Source: Oligoflexia bacterium
GTDB lineage: Bacteria; Bdellovibrionota; Bdellovibrionia; JABDDW01
Direction of reading: 5' to 3'
Length of the DNA stretch: 47,279 nt
NCBI GenBank assembly: GCA_043732305.1
Contig: JAYTHU010000010.1
Coordinates: forward strand, 1-47,279
The translations under genes and the position numbers were made by a program. The first letter of the stretch is position 1. Every line of letters starts with the position of its first letter. The notes beneath the pieces are model-generated. The model worked only from the letters and a program-made list of their open reading frames with translations. It searched no databases and was not told the DNA's origin. This document shows, one piece after another, positions 36,250-45,276 of the stretch.

Positions 36250-38534
36250 GCGAATTGCAGAAGAATTTAAAACATTACAGAATAAGTTCTGAAGAATATT
36301 TGCGAATACTGAAAGAATTAGGCCGAGACCTCAGGCCAATCGAGTGGCCGTTGTTTTCTGCTCTTTGGAGTGAACACTGCTCGTACAAAAGTTCACGCGT
36401 GCATTTAAAAAAATTGTACACGGAAGCTCCTTGGGTGTTGCAGGGCCCTGGTGAAAATGCCGGAGTCATAGATTTGGGCGAAGGCGAGCGCATCGCATTC
36501 AAAATGGAAAGTCACAATCACCCCTCGTTCATAGAACCGACTCAAGGTGCGGCAACTGGCGTGGGTGGAATTTTGCGAGACATATTCACTATGGGTGCTC
36601 GCCCCCTGGCTTCTATGAATTACCTTTGCTTCGGTGACGAAAAAGACGTCAACACGCCAAGATTACTTCACGGCGTTGTTCGAGGTATCGGAGGTTATGG
36701 AAATTGCGTGGGCGTTGCCACTGTCAATGGCCAAACAACTTTTCATAAATCATACAATCAGAATAATTTGGTGAATGCTTTTTCTGCTGGTTTGTTTAGA
36801 CCGGGCGAAGAAATTTTTTACGGCAAAGCCGAGGGCGTTGGAAATCTCATCGTTTATGCAGGAGCCGCCACTGGGCGTGATGGAGTTCATGGAGCCGCCA
36901 TGGCTAGTGAGAGTTTTGATTCCGATATGGAAAAGAAAAAACCTAATGTGCAAATTGGTGATCCTTTCTATGAAAAATTATTGATCGAAGCTTGCCTTGA
37001 AGTCATGAAACAAAACCTAGTGGTTGGTATTCAGGATATGGGAGCCGCGGGTCTTACTAGTTCGACATTTGAAATGGCCTCTCGCGCGCAAACTGGCCTC
37101 GAAATAGATTTAATGAAGATTCCACTGAGGGAACCGGGGATTTCAGCAGAAGAAATTCTTTTATCTGAAAGCCAAGAACGAATGGTTTTGATCGTCGAAC
37201 CTAAAAATCTCGACAAAGTCGTCAGCATTTTTAAAAAATGGGACTTGGAATGCGCGGAAATTGGAAAAATCACCAGTGGTAACTTGGTAAAACTTTCTTG
37301 GGGTGACGAAGTCCTCACAGAAATTTCTCACGTGCCTTTGGTTGATCAAGCTCCAAAGTATGATCGGCCCTTTGTCCTTCCGGAACCGGCGATAAGTCAA
37401 AAGCCGGTACTAACTATTTCTAAAAAAGAAATCAAAACTAAGGCTTTGGAATTCCTCGCGTCCACACCAATGACATCTCGAGATTGGATCACACACCAAT
37501 ATGATCAGCGAGTTGGAGCTAAAACAGTTTTCTCCTGTGAAGATAGCGTTGCCACTCTGAGACTTCCCGATTCTGGACGAATGTTTTCTATGGCCACGGG
37601 CTGTCGACCTTTGATTATGGATTGGGATGTAGAGGTCGGCGCGATGGATGCCGTGGCCCTTCCTGTTTTGCAAATGGCCGTGCGCGGAGCCAAGGCTCTT
37701 GCAACCACTGACTGTCTGAATTTTGGCAATCCCGAAAAACCAAAAGTGATGGGACAATTTGTTAAGTCGTTGGAGTCTTTAAATACGGCGTGCAAAATAT
37801 TTCAAACGCCAATAGTGAGCGGGAACGTCAGTCTTTACAATGAAACTTTAGGTGAAAATATAATTCCCACTCCTGCCATTGGTATCGTAGGGCTTGGTCC
37901 TAAGATTAACGGTGATTTCACTGGCCCTCGGGGTGGTTTTAGTTTTGAGAATCTCGAATTAGGTCATTTTGATATTTATCTTGTGTCAGTGAAAAATCAA
38001 AAGCTCGGTCTTTTTGAAGCTTCAAAAATAAATAAAGTTAAAGATGAAACTGAGAAGTCAGTCGAATCTGAGCGGTTCGAAGATTGGTCTGCTTTAGCTC
38101 AACTTCAAAAATGTTTTTTAGAACTAGCTACTGAAGTAAAACCAGAAGTTTCGCGTGTTATTGGTCGCGGTGGTTTTTTCCGAACGATGGCACAAATAAT
38201 TTCTGCCTCTGTGCCCGCAAATTATAAAATCACGACCGAAATAAGTGACGAAGGCTTCACGCCTGAAACGAGCTATTTTGCCGAGAGATTTTATTCTTCT
38301 GTCTGGTTTGTGAGTGATAAAAAGAAAAATGCTTTTGAAACGGTTTGCGGTAAATATTCTGACAAAGTCGAATATCGAGAAATAGGTAACATAAGGTGTG
38401 ACACCTCTTCCACGCTTTTTTCAGGTGCAGTTTCAGGATCGCTGGATTGCAAAAATCTATGTGAGTTTTCATTGGCTGATTTATTAATAGCTCAGAGAAA
38501 AGGTCTTAAACATTTAGTGGAAAGTTTAATATGA
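36246..38534 (+). CDS. purL: FGAM synthase subunit PurL (small type)
   Basis: [58 protein letters not shown]. Confidence 0.97.
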   Translation: MSELQKNLKHYRISSEEYLRILKELGRDLRPIEWPLFSALWSEHCSYKSSRVHLKKLYTEAPWVLQGPGENAGVIDLGEGERIAFKMESHNHPSFIEPTQGAATGVGGILRDIFTMGARPLASMNYLCFGDEKDVNTPRLLHGVVRGIGGYGNCVGVATVNGQTTFHKSYNQNNLVNAFSAGLFRPGEEIFYGKAEGVGNLIVYAGAATGRDGVHGAAMASESFDSDMEKKKPNVQIGDPFYEKLLIEACLEVMKQNLVVGIQDMGAAGLTSSTFEMASRAQTGLEIDLMKIPLREPGISAEEILLSESQERMVLIVEPKNLDKVVSIFKKWDLECAEIGKITSGNLVKLSWGDEVLTEISHVPLVDQAPKYDRPFVLPEPAISQKPVLTISKKEIKTKALEFLASTPMTSRDWITHQYDQRVGAKTVFSCEDSVATLRLPDSGRMFSMATGCRPLIMDWDVEVGAMDAVALPVLQMAVRGAKALATTDCLNFGNPEKPKVMGQFVKSLESLNTACKIFQTPIVSGNVSLYNETLGENIIPTPAIGIVGLGPKINGDFTGPRGGFSFENLELGHFDIYLVSVKNQKLGLFEASKINKVKDETEKSVESERFEDWSALAQLQKCFLELATEVKPEVSRVIGRGGFFRTMAQIISASVPANYKITTEISDEGFTPETSYFAERFYSSVWFVSDKKKNAFETVCGKYSDKVEYREIGNIRCDTSSTLFSGAVSGSLDCKNLCEFSLADLLIAQRKGLKHLVESLI

Positions 38535-39961
38535 CAATGAAGACTAAAAATGATGATGACCTTTTCGAAATTGAAATCCGAGATGATCACTTTCGTGACG
38601 AATGTGGGGTCTTTGGTATTTGGAATCATCTAGAAGCCAGTCGCATGACTTATCTTGGACTCTTCGCTCTTCAACATCGCGGACAAGAATCGTGCGGGAT
38701 TGTCACTCTTCACGAGGGCAAGCATCTCAACTATAAAAGTTTAGGACTTGTTCCTGATGGGTTTTCGGAGACAACTCTTGATCAACTCAAAGGGGCAACC
38801 GCCATTGGGCATGTTCGCTATGCCACGACCGGAGAGAATCTTCTCACCAATGCTCAGCCGTTGATTGCTAATCTCAAAGACGGGCCGCTTGCGATCGCAC
38901 ACAACGGAAATATTGTAAACTCCGCTCCGCTTAGACGTGAACTTCAAAATGAAGGATCTATCTTTCAAGGTTCTAACGACACCGAAGTTTTGATTCATCT
39001 GCTCGCTCGTCAAAAAGCAGAAAAGTTTGAAGACCGACTGATGAACTCACTGTTACGTTTGGAGGGTGCATTTAGCTTTGGAATATTGACTTCCAAGGAA
39101 CTCATTGCCGTGCGAGATCCCATGGGATTTAGACCTTTATCTTTAGGGAAAAAAGGCGACAGTTATGTTATCGCGAGTGAAAGTTGCGCCTTTGATTTGA
39201 TCGAAGCGGAATTTGTGCGAGATATTGAACCTGGCGAAATTCTCATCATTGACGAGACCGGATTGCGCTCTTTGCACTTGCCTAAATCTGAGCAAAAATC
39301 TCAGTGCATTTTTGAACACGTTTACTTTTCTCGACCAGACAGTTATGTGTTCGGGCGGGGAGTTTACCAATCTAGAAAAGCACTTGGAAAAATATTAGCT
39401 CAAGAGAGCCACGTGGACGCAGACTTGGTTATTCCGGTCCCTGATAGTGGAGTGGCTGCAGCTCTTGGCTATGCCGAACAAAGTAAAATACCTTTTGAAA
39501 TGGGAATCATTCGGAACCACTATATTGGGCGAACTTTCATTGAGCCGAAACAATCCATCAGAAATTTCGGCGTGAAAATAAAACTCAATCCCTCTAGACA
39601 TTTGCTGGAAGGCAAGAGAGTTGTTGTAGTGGATGATAGCGTCGTGCGAGGGACCACCTCGAAGAAAATCATCGGCTTAATCAGAAACGCTGGCGCAAAA
39701 GAAGTTCATTTGCGAGTGGCCGCTCCGCCAACTATTGGCCCCTGCTACTACGGAGTAGACACGCCATCTAAATCTGAATTGATTGCGACACAAAAAAATG
39801 TGGATGAAATCAGAGATTTTATTTGTGCTGATTCGCTGGCCTATTTATCGGTGAAAGGCCTGTTTCAGGCGGTGAATGCCGATTCAAAATCCTTTTGTGC
39901 CGCCTGTTTTACGGATAAATATCCCACAAAAGTGTATTCCGAACCGGAGCATCATATTTGA
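38531..39961 (+). CDS. purF: Amidophosphoribosyltransferase (propeptide and Fe-S type)
   Basis: Propeptide then [48 protein letters not shown]. Confidence 0.98.
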   Translation: MTMKTKNDDDLFEIEIRDDHFRDECGVFGIWNHLEASRMTYLGLFALQHRGQESCGIVTLHEGKHLNYKSLGLVPDGFSETTLDQLKGATAIGHVRYATTGENLLTNAQPLIANLKDGPLAIAHNGNIVNSAPLRRELQNEGSIFQGSNDTEVLIHLLARQKAEKFEDRLMNSLLRLEGAFSFGILTSKELIAVRDPMGFRPLSLGKKGDSYVIASESCAFDLIEAEFVRDIEPGEILIIDETGLRSLHLPKSEQKSQCIFEHVYFSRPDSYVFGRGVYQSRKALGKILAQESHVDADLVIPVPDSGVAAALGYAEQSKIPFEMGIIRNHYIGRTFIEPKQSIRNFGVKIKLNPSRHLLEGKRVVVVDDSVVRGTTSKKIIGLIRNAGAKEVHLRVAAPPTIGPCYYGVDTPSKSELIATQKNVDEIRDFICADSLAYLSVKGLFQAVNADSKSFCAACFTDKYPTKVYSEPEHHI

Positions 39962-39964
39962 AAA

Positions 39965-40426
39965 CTAGTTGGTCTTCACACATTTTGCTGTTTCAGAATT
40001 TGACAGCGAGGGCATGGCTTTTCCATTAACAACGATTTTAATAATCATGGAGTTTGTATAGGTGAGAGATTTCTCTCCAGTCTTTTCATAATTTCGAATT
40101 AAAATATTGTTCTTTGTTCCTTCCTTTCCAACTTCCATAATTTTCATAAAAGTGGAAAAAGATTTCCCATTGCAAGTCGCGGTTCTGAAGGCGTAACCTC
40201 CAGATTCGGAAAATCCCATCGGAACTCTAGAGTTGTCCGCTGCAAAAACTTCAGCTTCTTCATCAGCGTTTAATACAATAAATTTTGTCTCATTATTCTG
40301 AGTAATGGCAAACTTGAAATTTTTTGATTGAGAAACACAAGCATAGTTGCCGTCAATGTTAGGGCAAGCTAAGGATGCTGTAGATATGGTTGTGAAACAT
40401 AAAAGCGCGACTAAAAACTTACTCAT
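39965..40426 (-). CDS. Small secreted hypothetical protein
   Basis: RBS GGAGG; signal peptide ending ASLA, then CPNIDGNYAC; beta-rich mature part with four Cys. Confidence 0.78.
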   Translation of the reverse strand: MSKFLVALLCFTTISTASLACPNIDGNYACVSQSKNFKFAITQNNETKFIVLNADEEAEVFAADNSRVPMGFSESGGYAFRTATCNGKSFSTFMKIMEVGKEGTKNNILIRNYEKTGEKSLTYTNSMIIKIVVNGKAMPSLSNSETAKCVKTN

Positions 40427-40481
40427 GAACCCTCCAAGGTTTATAACGCAACGTTAACAGATATCCCGGCCAAGTGATTGG

Positions 40482-40502
40482 AATTACAAATACATTGTAA
40501 TT
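40482..40502. repeat. Perfect inverted repeat, candidate operator
   Basis: AATTACAA-ATACA-TTGTAATT in the divergent intergenic region. Confidence 0.5.
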
Positions 40503-40608
40503 TATACAAAACTTGTCTATACTGTGATGCCTGGGTTGCTTCCATCTTCTATTCAAGCTAGTTTCTTGCAAAACACAGACGCCCTGATGGCCTCTAGAAT
40601 GGTAACAA

Positions 40609-41490
40609 ATGAAACGATGTCTGCTTATTATAATTCTGATTCTAAGTTTTCAAAGCTTTCGAGTTTTAGCCGACACGCAAATTCCTGTTTATGTGCAGCC
40701 TATTGATCCTTCAATAGCGTCCGAAACCGCAACCGCAGTTCGTGATTTAATTTCAAACGATATCAGTGAGAATGTTGGATTTGTTCTGGTTGAAGATCCT
40801 GCAGGTGCAAAATTTGTCTTGAAAACAAAAGTGATAAAATTAGGTTCTGCCTCTGTGATCGGTCTCTCAAAATACGCAAATGGAAAACTGATAATTTCTT
40901 CCCAACTAAAAGCGGCAAAATCCGAGGAACTCGATTTAGTATGCAAGCGCCTCACTCGTGCGGTTCTCACAGAAACTCCTATGTCTACTCAATCTAATGT
41001 AAGCGAAGTCACTCAGGAAGAAGTTAAAACAGGAACTAACCGAAAAGATACGATTGGTCGTTGGCTCGTTGGCTTCGGTCCCACTGGTGTTTCAAGTTTG
41101 AATAACCCAGGACTCGTTTTTGGAGGAGTGCTTGGCTTCACTTGGGAAATTGTCGATCCTAACGCTATGGTCAAGTTATTTTGGGACGGTGGCGGGGGAT
41201 TTTCTTATTTTGCCTTGGGTGCGGACTACTTTCTTTCGGAAACTCGAACTGCCGCTTTTGTCGGTGCATCTTTTGGTTACGGCGTGGGCATTGCGCAAGC
41301 CAATAACAATTCCTTTTTGGGTGTCGACACCTCTGGACGTGGTTTTGCTGGCGGCGTCGAAGCGGGCGTTTCGTTCTTTAGAACCTCAAAACTAAATCTT
41401 GATTTAGCTCTTACTTATGAAACCATCTTTGCCAATAATCCTTACGGTATGCCTGGCCTGTATGGCATGCGCCTTGAGTTGCTCTTTTAG
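40609..41490 (+). CDS. Secreted protein with N-terminal alpha/beta domain and C-terminal outer-membrane beta-barrel
   Basis: Signal peptide ending VLA; Gly/aromatic-rich strands (ALGADYF, FVGASFGYG, GGVEAGVSFF); terminal Phe (RLELLF). Confidence 0.72.
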   Translation: MKRCLLIIILILSFQSFRVLADTQIPVYVQPIDPSIASETATAVRDLISNDISENVGFVLVEDPAGAKFVLKTKVIKLGSASVIGLSKYANGKLIISSQLKAAKSEELDLVCKRLTRAVLTETPMSTQSNVSEVTQEEVKTGTNRKDTIGRWLVGFGPTGVSSLNNPGLVFGGVLGFTWEIVDPNAMVKLFWDGGGGFSYFALGADYFLSETRTAAFVGASFGYGVGIAQANNNSFLGVDTSGRGFAGGVEAGVSFFRTSKLNLDLALTYETIFANNPYGMPGLYGMRLELLF

Positions 41491-41527
41491 CTTGTTTTGA
41501 AGGTGGGCTCACTTCATAATTTAATGA

Positions 41528-42469
41528 ATGAACAAGCCTCAAGCGCTCAAAACTGGTGATAAAATTGGAATTGTGGCACCCGGTGCCCAGTTTAATAAAG
41601 ATCGTTTTAATCAAGGCATCGAGACCATAAAGTCTTGGGGTCTAGTTCCTGTCGTTGACAAAAATCTTTTCAAAAAGGATCTCATTTTTGCAGGGACTCC
41701 CGAGCAAAGATTTGAAGGATTGAAAAAATTTGTCATCGATCCCGACATCAAAGCGATTTGGTCTGTGCGCGGAGGTGCGGGTGCCTATGCGGTGGCCCCC
41801 CTTTTTGATAATTTTAAACTTCCCAAAGCTATTTTAAAAAATCCTAAACCACTTATTGGTTTGAGTGATGTGACCGCAATTCATCTGATTTGGAATCAGG
41901 ATTTCAAGTGGCCGAGCGTGCATGGTCCGATGGTCGACCGCATGGGACATGAAACTCAAACGGAGATTGAGCGTAAGGCGTTGCATGAGACGTTGTTCAA
42001 TCCGAAATATAAATTGAATGTGGGGCTCGGTTTAAAATCGCTAGGTAAGATCATAACTGCTGGTGGAGTGAGTGGCCAGCTTACCGGTGGAAATTTGACT
42101 TTGCTCGCAGCATCCCTAGGCAGCACTTGGGAATTAGATGCGCGTTCGAAAATTTTATTCATCGAAGAGTGTGGAGAGCCTGCTTACCGCATCGACAGAT
42201 TATTCTCTCAGCTTATGAATGCTGGCAAATTTGATAGCATCAAAGCCCTTTTGCTTGGCGACTTCACTGAATGTTTTGAAAGAAACGCCACCGAACTATG
42301 GCCCCAAGCTCTCAAAAGAATTTTTCTAAAAGCAAAGTTTCCAGTGGTCACTGGAATTCGTTCCGGTCATGGAGACTTGCGATTGCCGTTGCCTTTTGGT
42401 TGTGAAACACAAGTGTCTTTCAAAAATTCTAAACCTCGGGTTGAATTTCTAGAAAGTTTTGTTCGATGA
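41528..42469 (+). CDS. ldcA: Muramoyltetrapeptide LD-carboxypeptidase (peptidase S66)
   Basis: GDKIGIVAP, RGGAG, GLSDVTA (Ser), HGPM, GGNL, LFIEECGE (Glu), SGHG (His). Confidence 0.92.
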   Translation: MNKPQALKTGDKIGIVAPGAQFNKDRFNQGIETIKSWGLVPVVDKNLFKKDLIFAGTPEQRFEGLKKFVIDPDIKAIWSVRGGAGAYAVAPLFDNFKLPKAILKNPKPLIGLSDVTAIHLIWNQDFKWPSVHGPMVDRMGHETQTEIERKALHETLFNPKYKLNVGLGLKSLGKIITAGGVSGQLTGGNLTLLAASLGSTWELDARSKILFIEECGEPAYRIDRLFSQLMNAGKFDSIKALLLGDFTECFERNATELWPQALKRIFLKAKFPVVTGIRSGHGDLRLPLPFGCETQVSFKNSKPRVEFLESFVR

Positions 42470-43530
42470 CAAAATTGACGGCTTTGTTAAATGAGGTGGC
42501 CGGAAAAGCCATTCGCGAAGGCGCGACGTCAGCGCTGCAAATCAATATCTCTGATAAAAATAAAACTCTTTTCCAAAAAAGTTACGGAAGCAGAAATTAC
42601 CATTATTTTGATTTAGCGAGTATCACTAAATTCTTTGTGACTACTCCTGTTATTATGTTGTTAGTTCAAGATAAAAAATTGTCGCTTGATTCTCATGTTG
42701 GTAATTATCTCAAAATGTTTGATCATCATCCGATTGGAAAAATTAAAATCAAAAATCTTCTTAATCAAACCTCTGGATTAGAGTGGTGGAAACCATTTTA
42801 TAAGACTTTATTGAAAGTTCCTTCCCTGGAACGAGAATATCAGCTAAAAAAGCTTTTTTTACTGGAGCGATTAAAAAATAAATCTCAAGCGGTTTATTCA
42901 GATCTAAATTTCATCTTGCTAAAATGGGTTATTGAAGAAGTCACTCACACGCCTCTTGATCTTATTTTTGAAACTCGAATTGCCACGCCACTAGATTTGA
43001 GTGAAACTTTTTTTATTCGCTCAGGAAAAATCCCGGGTGCAAAATCTAAAAATAAATTCGCTCCCACAGAAAAAACTAAAGAACGTGGGATCGTGCAGGG
43101 TATTGTGAACGATGATAACGCTTGGAGCTTTGGCGGAGTGAGTGGGCATGCAGGGCTTTTCTCTACTTTGGATGAGACTTCAAAGATGGCGAGGGAATTT
43201 CTTAAAATTTATGCGGGGGAAAGTTCTTTAATAAATAAAACTATTTTCAGGTCTTTTGCAAAGCGCGCCATAGCAAAAAGAAACGGTGACTGGGCTCTTG
43301 GTTTTATGATCCCCAGTCGGCCGATGAGCACCGGTGGTTCAAAAATTAGCACCGAAAGTTTTGGTTTTCCGGGATTCACTGGCCCGAGCGTTTGGATCGA
43401 CACCAAACGGGGAGTCGCCATCACTATTTTAGCAAATCGTACCTATCCAAAGAGAGACAATGCTCGCTTTGCACCGGTGAGACGAGAAATTCACGACATC
43501 ATTTGGGAGAGCCTCGATGACAAAATCTAA
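42466..43530 (+). CDS. Beta-lactamase-family serine hydrolase (AmiE/NamA-like)
   Basis: FDLASITK (SxxK), LLNQTSGL, YSDLNF, GIVNDDNA, GVSGHAGLFS, GFTG; no signal peptide; coupled to ldcA and mpl. Confidence 0.88.
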   Translation: MTKLTALLNEVAGKAIREGATSALQINISDKNKTLFQKSYGSRNYHYFDLASITKFFVTTPVIMLLVQDKKLSLDSHVGNYLKMFDHHPIGKIKIKNLLNQTSGLEWWKPFYKTLLKVPSLEREYQLKKLFLLERLKNKSQAVYSDLNFILLKWVIEEVTHTPLDLIFETRIATPLDLSETFFIRSGKIPGAKSKNKFAPTEKTKERGIVQGIVNDDNAWSFGGVSGHAGLFSTLDETSKMAREFLKIYAGESSLINKTIFRSFAKRAIAKRNGDWALGFMIPSRPMSTGGSKISTESFGFPGFTGPSVWIDTKRGVAITILANRTYPKRDNARFAPVRREIHDIIWESLDDKI

Positions 43531-44935
43531 AAACTTTAAAACTGTGCACATGATGGGAATCGGCGGAACGGCTATGGGAAGCCTCGCCGGACTTTTGAAA
43601 ACCATGGGATATGATGTGCGCGGCAGTGATCAAAACGTTTACCCTCCAATGAGTGGTCGACTCAAAGATCTTGGCATCAGCTATTCCGAGGGTTATAAGC
43701 CGGAAAATTTAAATCCGCGCCCCGATTTGGTCATTGTTGGGAATGTGATGAGCCGCACGCATTCAGAAGTTCAAGCTCTGCTTGCAACTGATATTTCTTA
43801 TATGAGTTTGCCGCAGGCGATGGGCGAATTTTTAATTAAAGACCGCCATTCGATTGTTGTCAGTGGAACTCACGGAAAAACAACGACAACCGCCATGGCC
43901 GCTTGGCTTTGTGAAAAAGCAGGACTAGAACCAGGATTTCTCATCGGCGGAGTGCCTCTGAATTTTCCGAATAGTTTCAGTGTTGGAAAGGGCGCTCATT
44001 TTGTAATCGAAGGCGATGAATATGACACAGCTTTTTTTGACAAAGTTCCAAAATTTATTCACTACCGTCCGCGCACTGTCATTCTCACGAGTGTAGAATT
44101 CGATCATGCCGATATTTATCGAGATTTAGATCATGTGAAGGAGGCCTTCACGATGTTGATGAAACTTATCCCCACAGATGGAAATTTAATATTTGAGGGC
44201 GATGACGAAAATATCCGCAGCATTTTGTTTCAGACCAAATGTTTAAATCAGCAAAGCTATGGTTTGAACGCGCGAAAATGCGATTGGATTATTGACGGAG
44301 TAGAATTTAAACCGGAACATTCAAAGTTCGATGTGATTCACAAAGGCAAGCTTCATGCGACTATCGAGTGCGGACTTTTTGGAGAGTACAATCTTCTCAA
44401 TGCCCTTTCCGTTTATGTCATGGGTCTGCAAATCGGAATTCCAAAAGAGAAAATCCTCACTGCGCTTAAAGATTTCAAAGGCGTAAAAAGAAGACAAGAA
44501 ATTATAGGAACTCCTCATGGCATAACTGTGATCGACGATTTTGCCCATCATCCCACAGCAGTAGAGCTCACCATTGATGGTGTGAAAAAAAGATTTCCCG
44601 ATGCCAATGTTTTTGCGGTGTTTGAGCCGCGCTCGGCGACATCACGTCGTAAAATATTTCAAGATGCTTTTGCTAAAGCACTTGTTCATGGAGACACCGT
44701 GGTTTTGTCTGTTCCCTTTGATCAAGGGAAAATTCCTGATGGCGATCGCTTTGATGCAGATCACGTTATTTCCGAATGTCATAGGCTTGAGCCTCGCAAA
44801 GAATGTCTACTTGGTCATTCGTCAGATGAGATCATAAAATTAATCAAAGAACGCGCAAAGCTAGGAGACGTAGTTTTATTTATGAGTAATGGTGGGTTCG
44901 GCGGAATCTATGAAAAAATCCTTACTGCTCTCTAA
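43517..44935 (+). CDS. mpl: Murein peptide ligase (UDP-MurNAc:tripeptide ligase)
   Basis: GIGGTAMGSLA, DQNVYPPMS, GTHGKTTT, EGDEYDTAFFDK, EFDHADIY, DDFAHHPTA, FEPRS, MSNGGFGG. Confidence 0.96.
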   Translation: MTKSKNFKTVHMMGIGGTAMGSLAGLLKTMGYDVRGSDQNVYPPMSGRLKDLGISYSEGYKPENLNPRPDLVIVGNVMSRTHSEVQALLATDISYMSLPQAMGEFLIKDRHSIVVSGTHGKTTTTAMAAWLCEKAGLEPGFLIGGVPLNFPNSFSVGKGAHFVIEGDEYDTAFFDKVPKFIHYRPRTVILTSVEFDHADIYRDLDHVKEAFTMLMKLIPTDGNLIFEGDDENIRSILFQTKCLNQQSYGLNARKCDWIIDGVEFKPEHSKFDVIHKGKLHATIECGLFGEYNLLNALSVYVMGLQIGIPKEKILTALKDFKGVKRRQEIIGTPHGITVIDDFAHHPTAVELTIDGVKKRFPDANVFAVFEPRSATSRRKIFQDAFAKALVHGDTVVLSVPFDQGKIPDGDRFDADHVISECHRLEPRKECLLGHSSDEIIKLIKERAKLGDVVLFMSNGGFGGIYEKILTAL

Positions 44936-44940
44936 GAAGA

Positions 44941-45254
44941 ATGGCTTGTATTGAGCCCGGGTACATAGACGGCGGGCACGTTTACGTTATGGAATGCACC
45001 TTTGCCCAAATGCGGTGACGATGCAAAAAGATCAGCCGCAACTAGTGTTGATTCGTGACTTAGAACCTCTCGAGGATTTTGAGAAAGTTTATGCTGGAGC
45101 GATTCACAAAATATGCAACGGACCCGGAAAACTTTGTCGCCGATTAGAGAACAACAAAGTGAATTCAGGAATGAGTTTGACAGGAGCAGAAAATTCTCAT
45201 GAAATTTTCATTGAAGATACAAAGCTGGCATTTCTCAAAAATAACGCAAAGTGA
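44941..45254 (+). pseudogene. mpg: Fragment of DNA-3-methyladenine glycosylase (Mpg/AAG family), frameshifted and truncated
   Basis: GGHVYV in one frame (44971-44988) continues as YGMHLCPNAVT...VLIRDLEP...NGPGKLC in another frame from 44988; the family's N-terminal and C-terminal motifs are missing. Confidence 0.8.
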
Positions 45255-45276
45255 ACGATAGCGGTGCTAGGCACCT

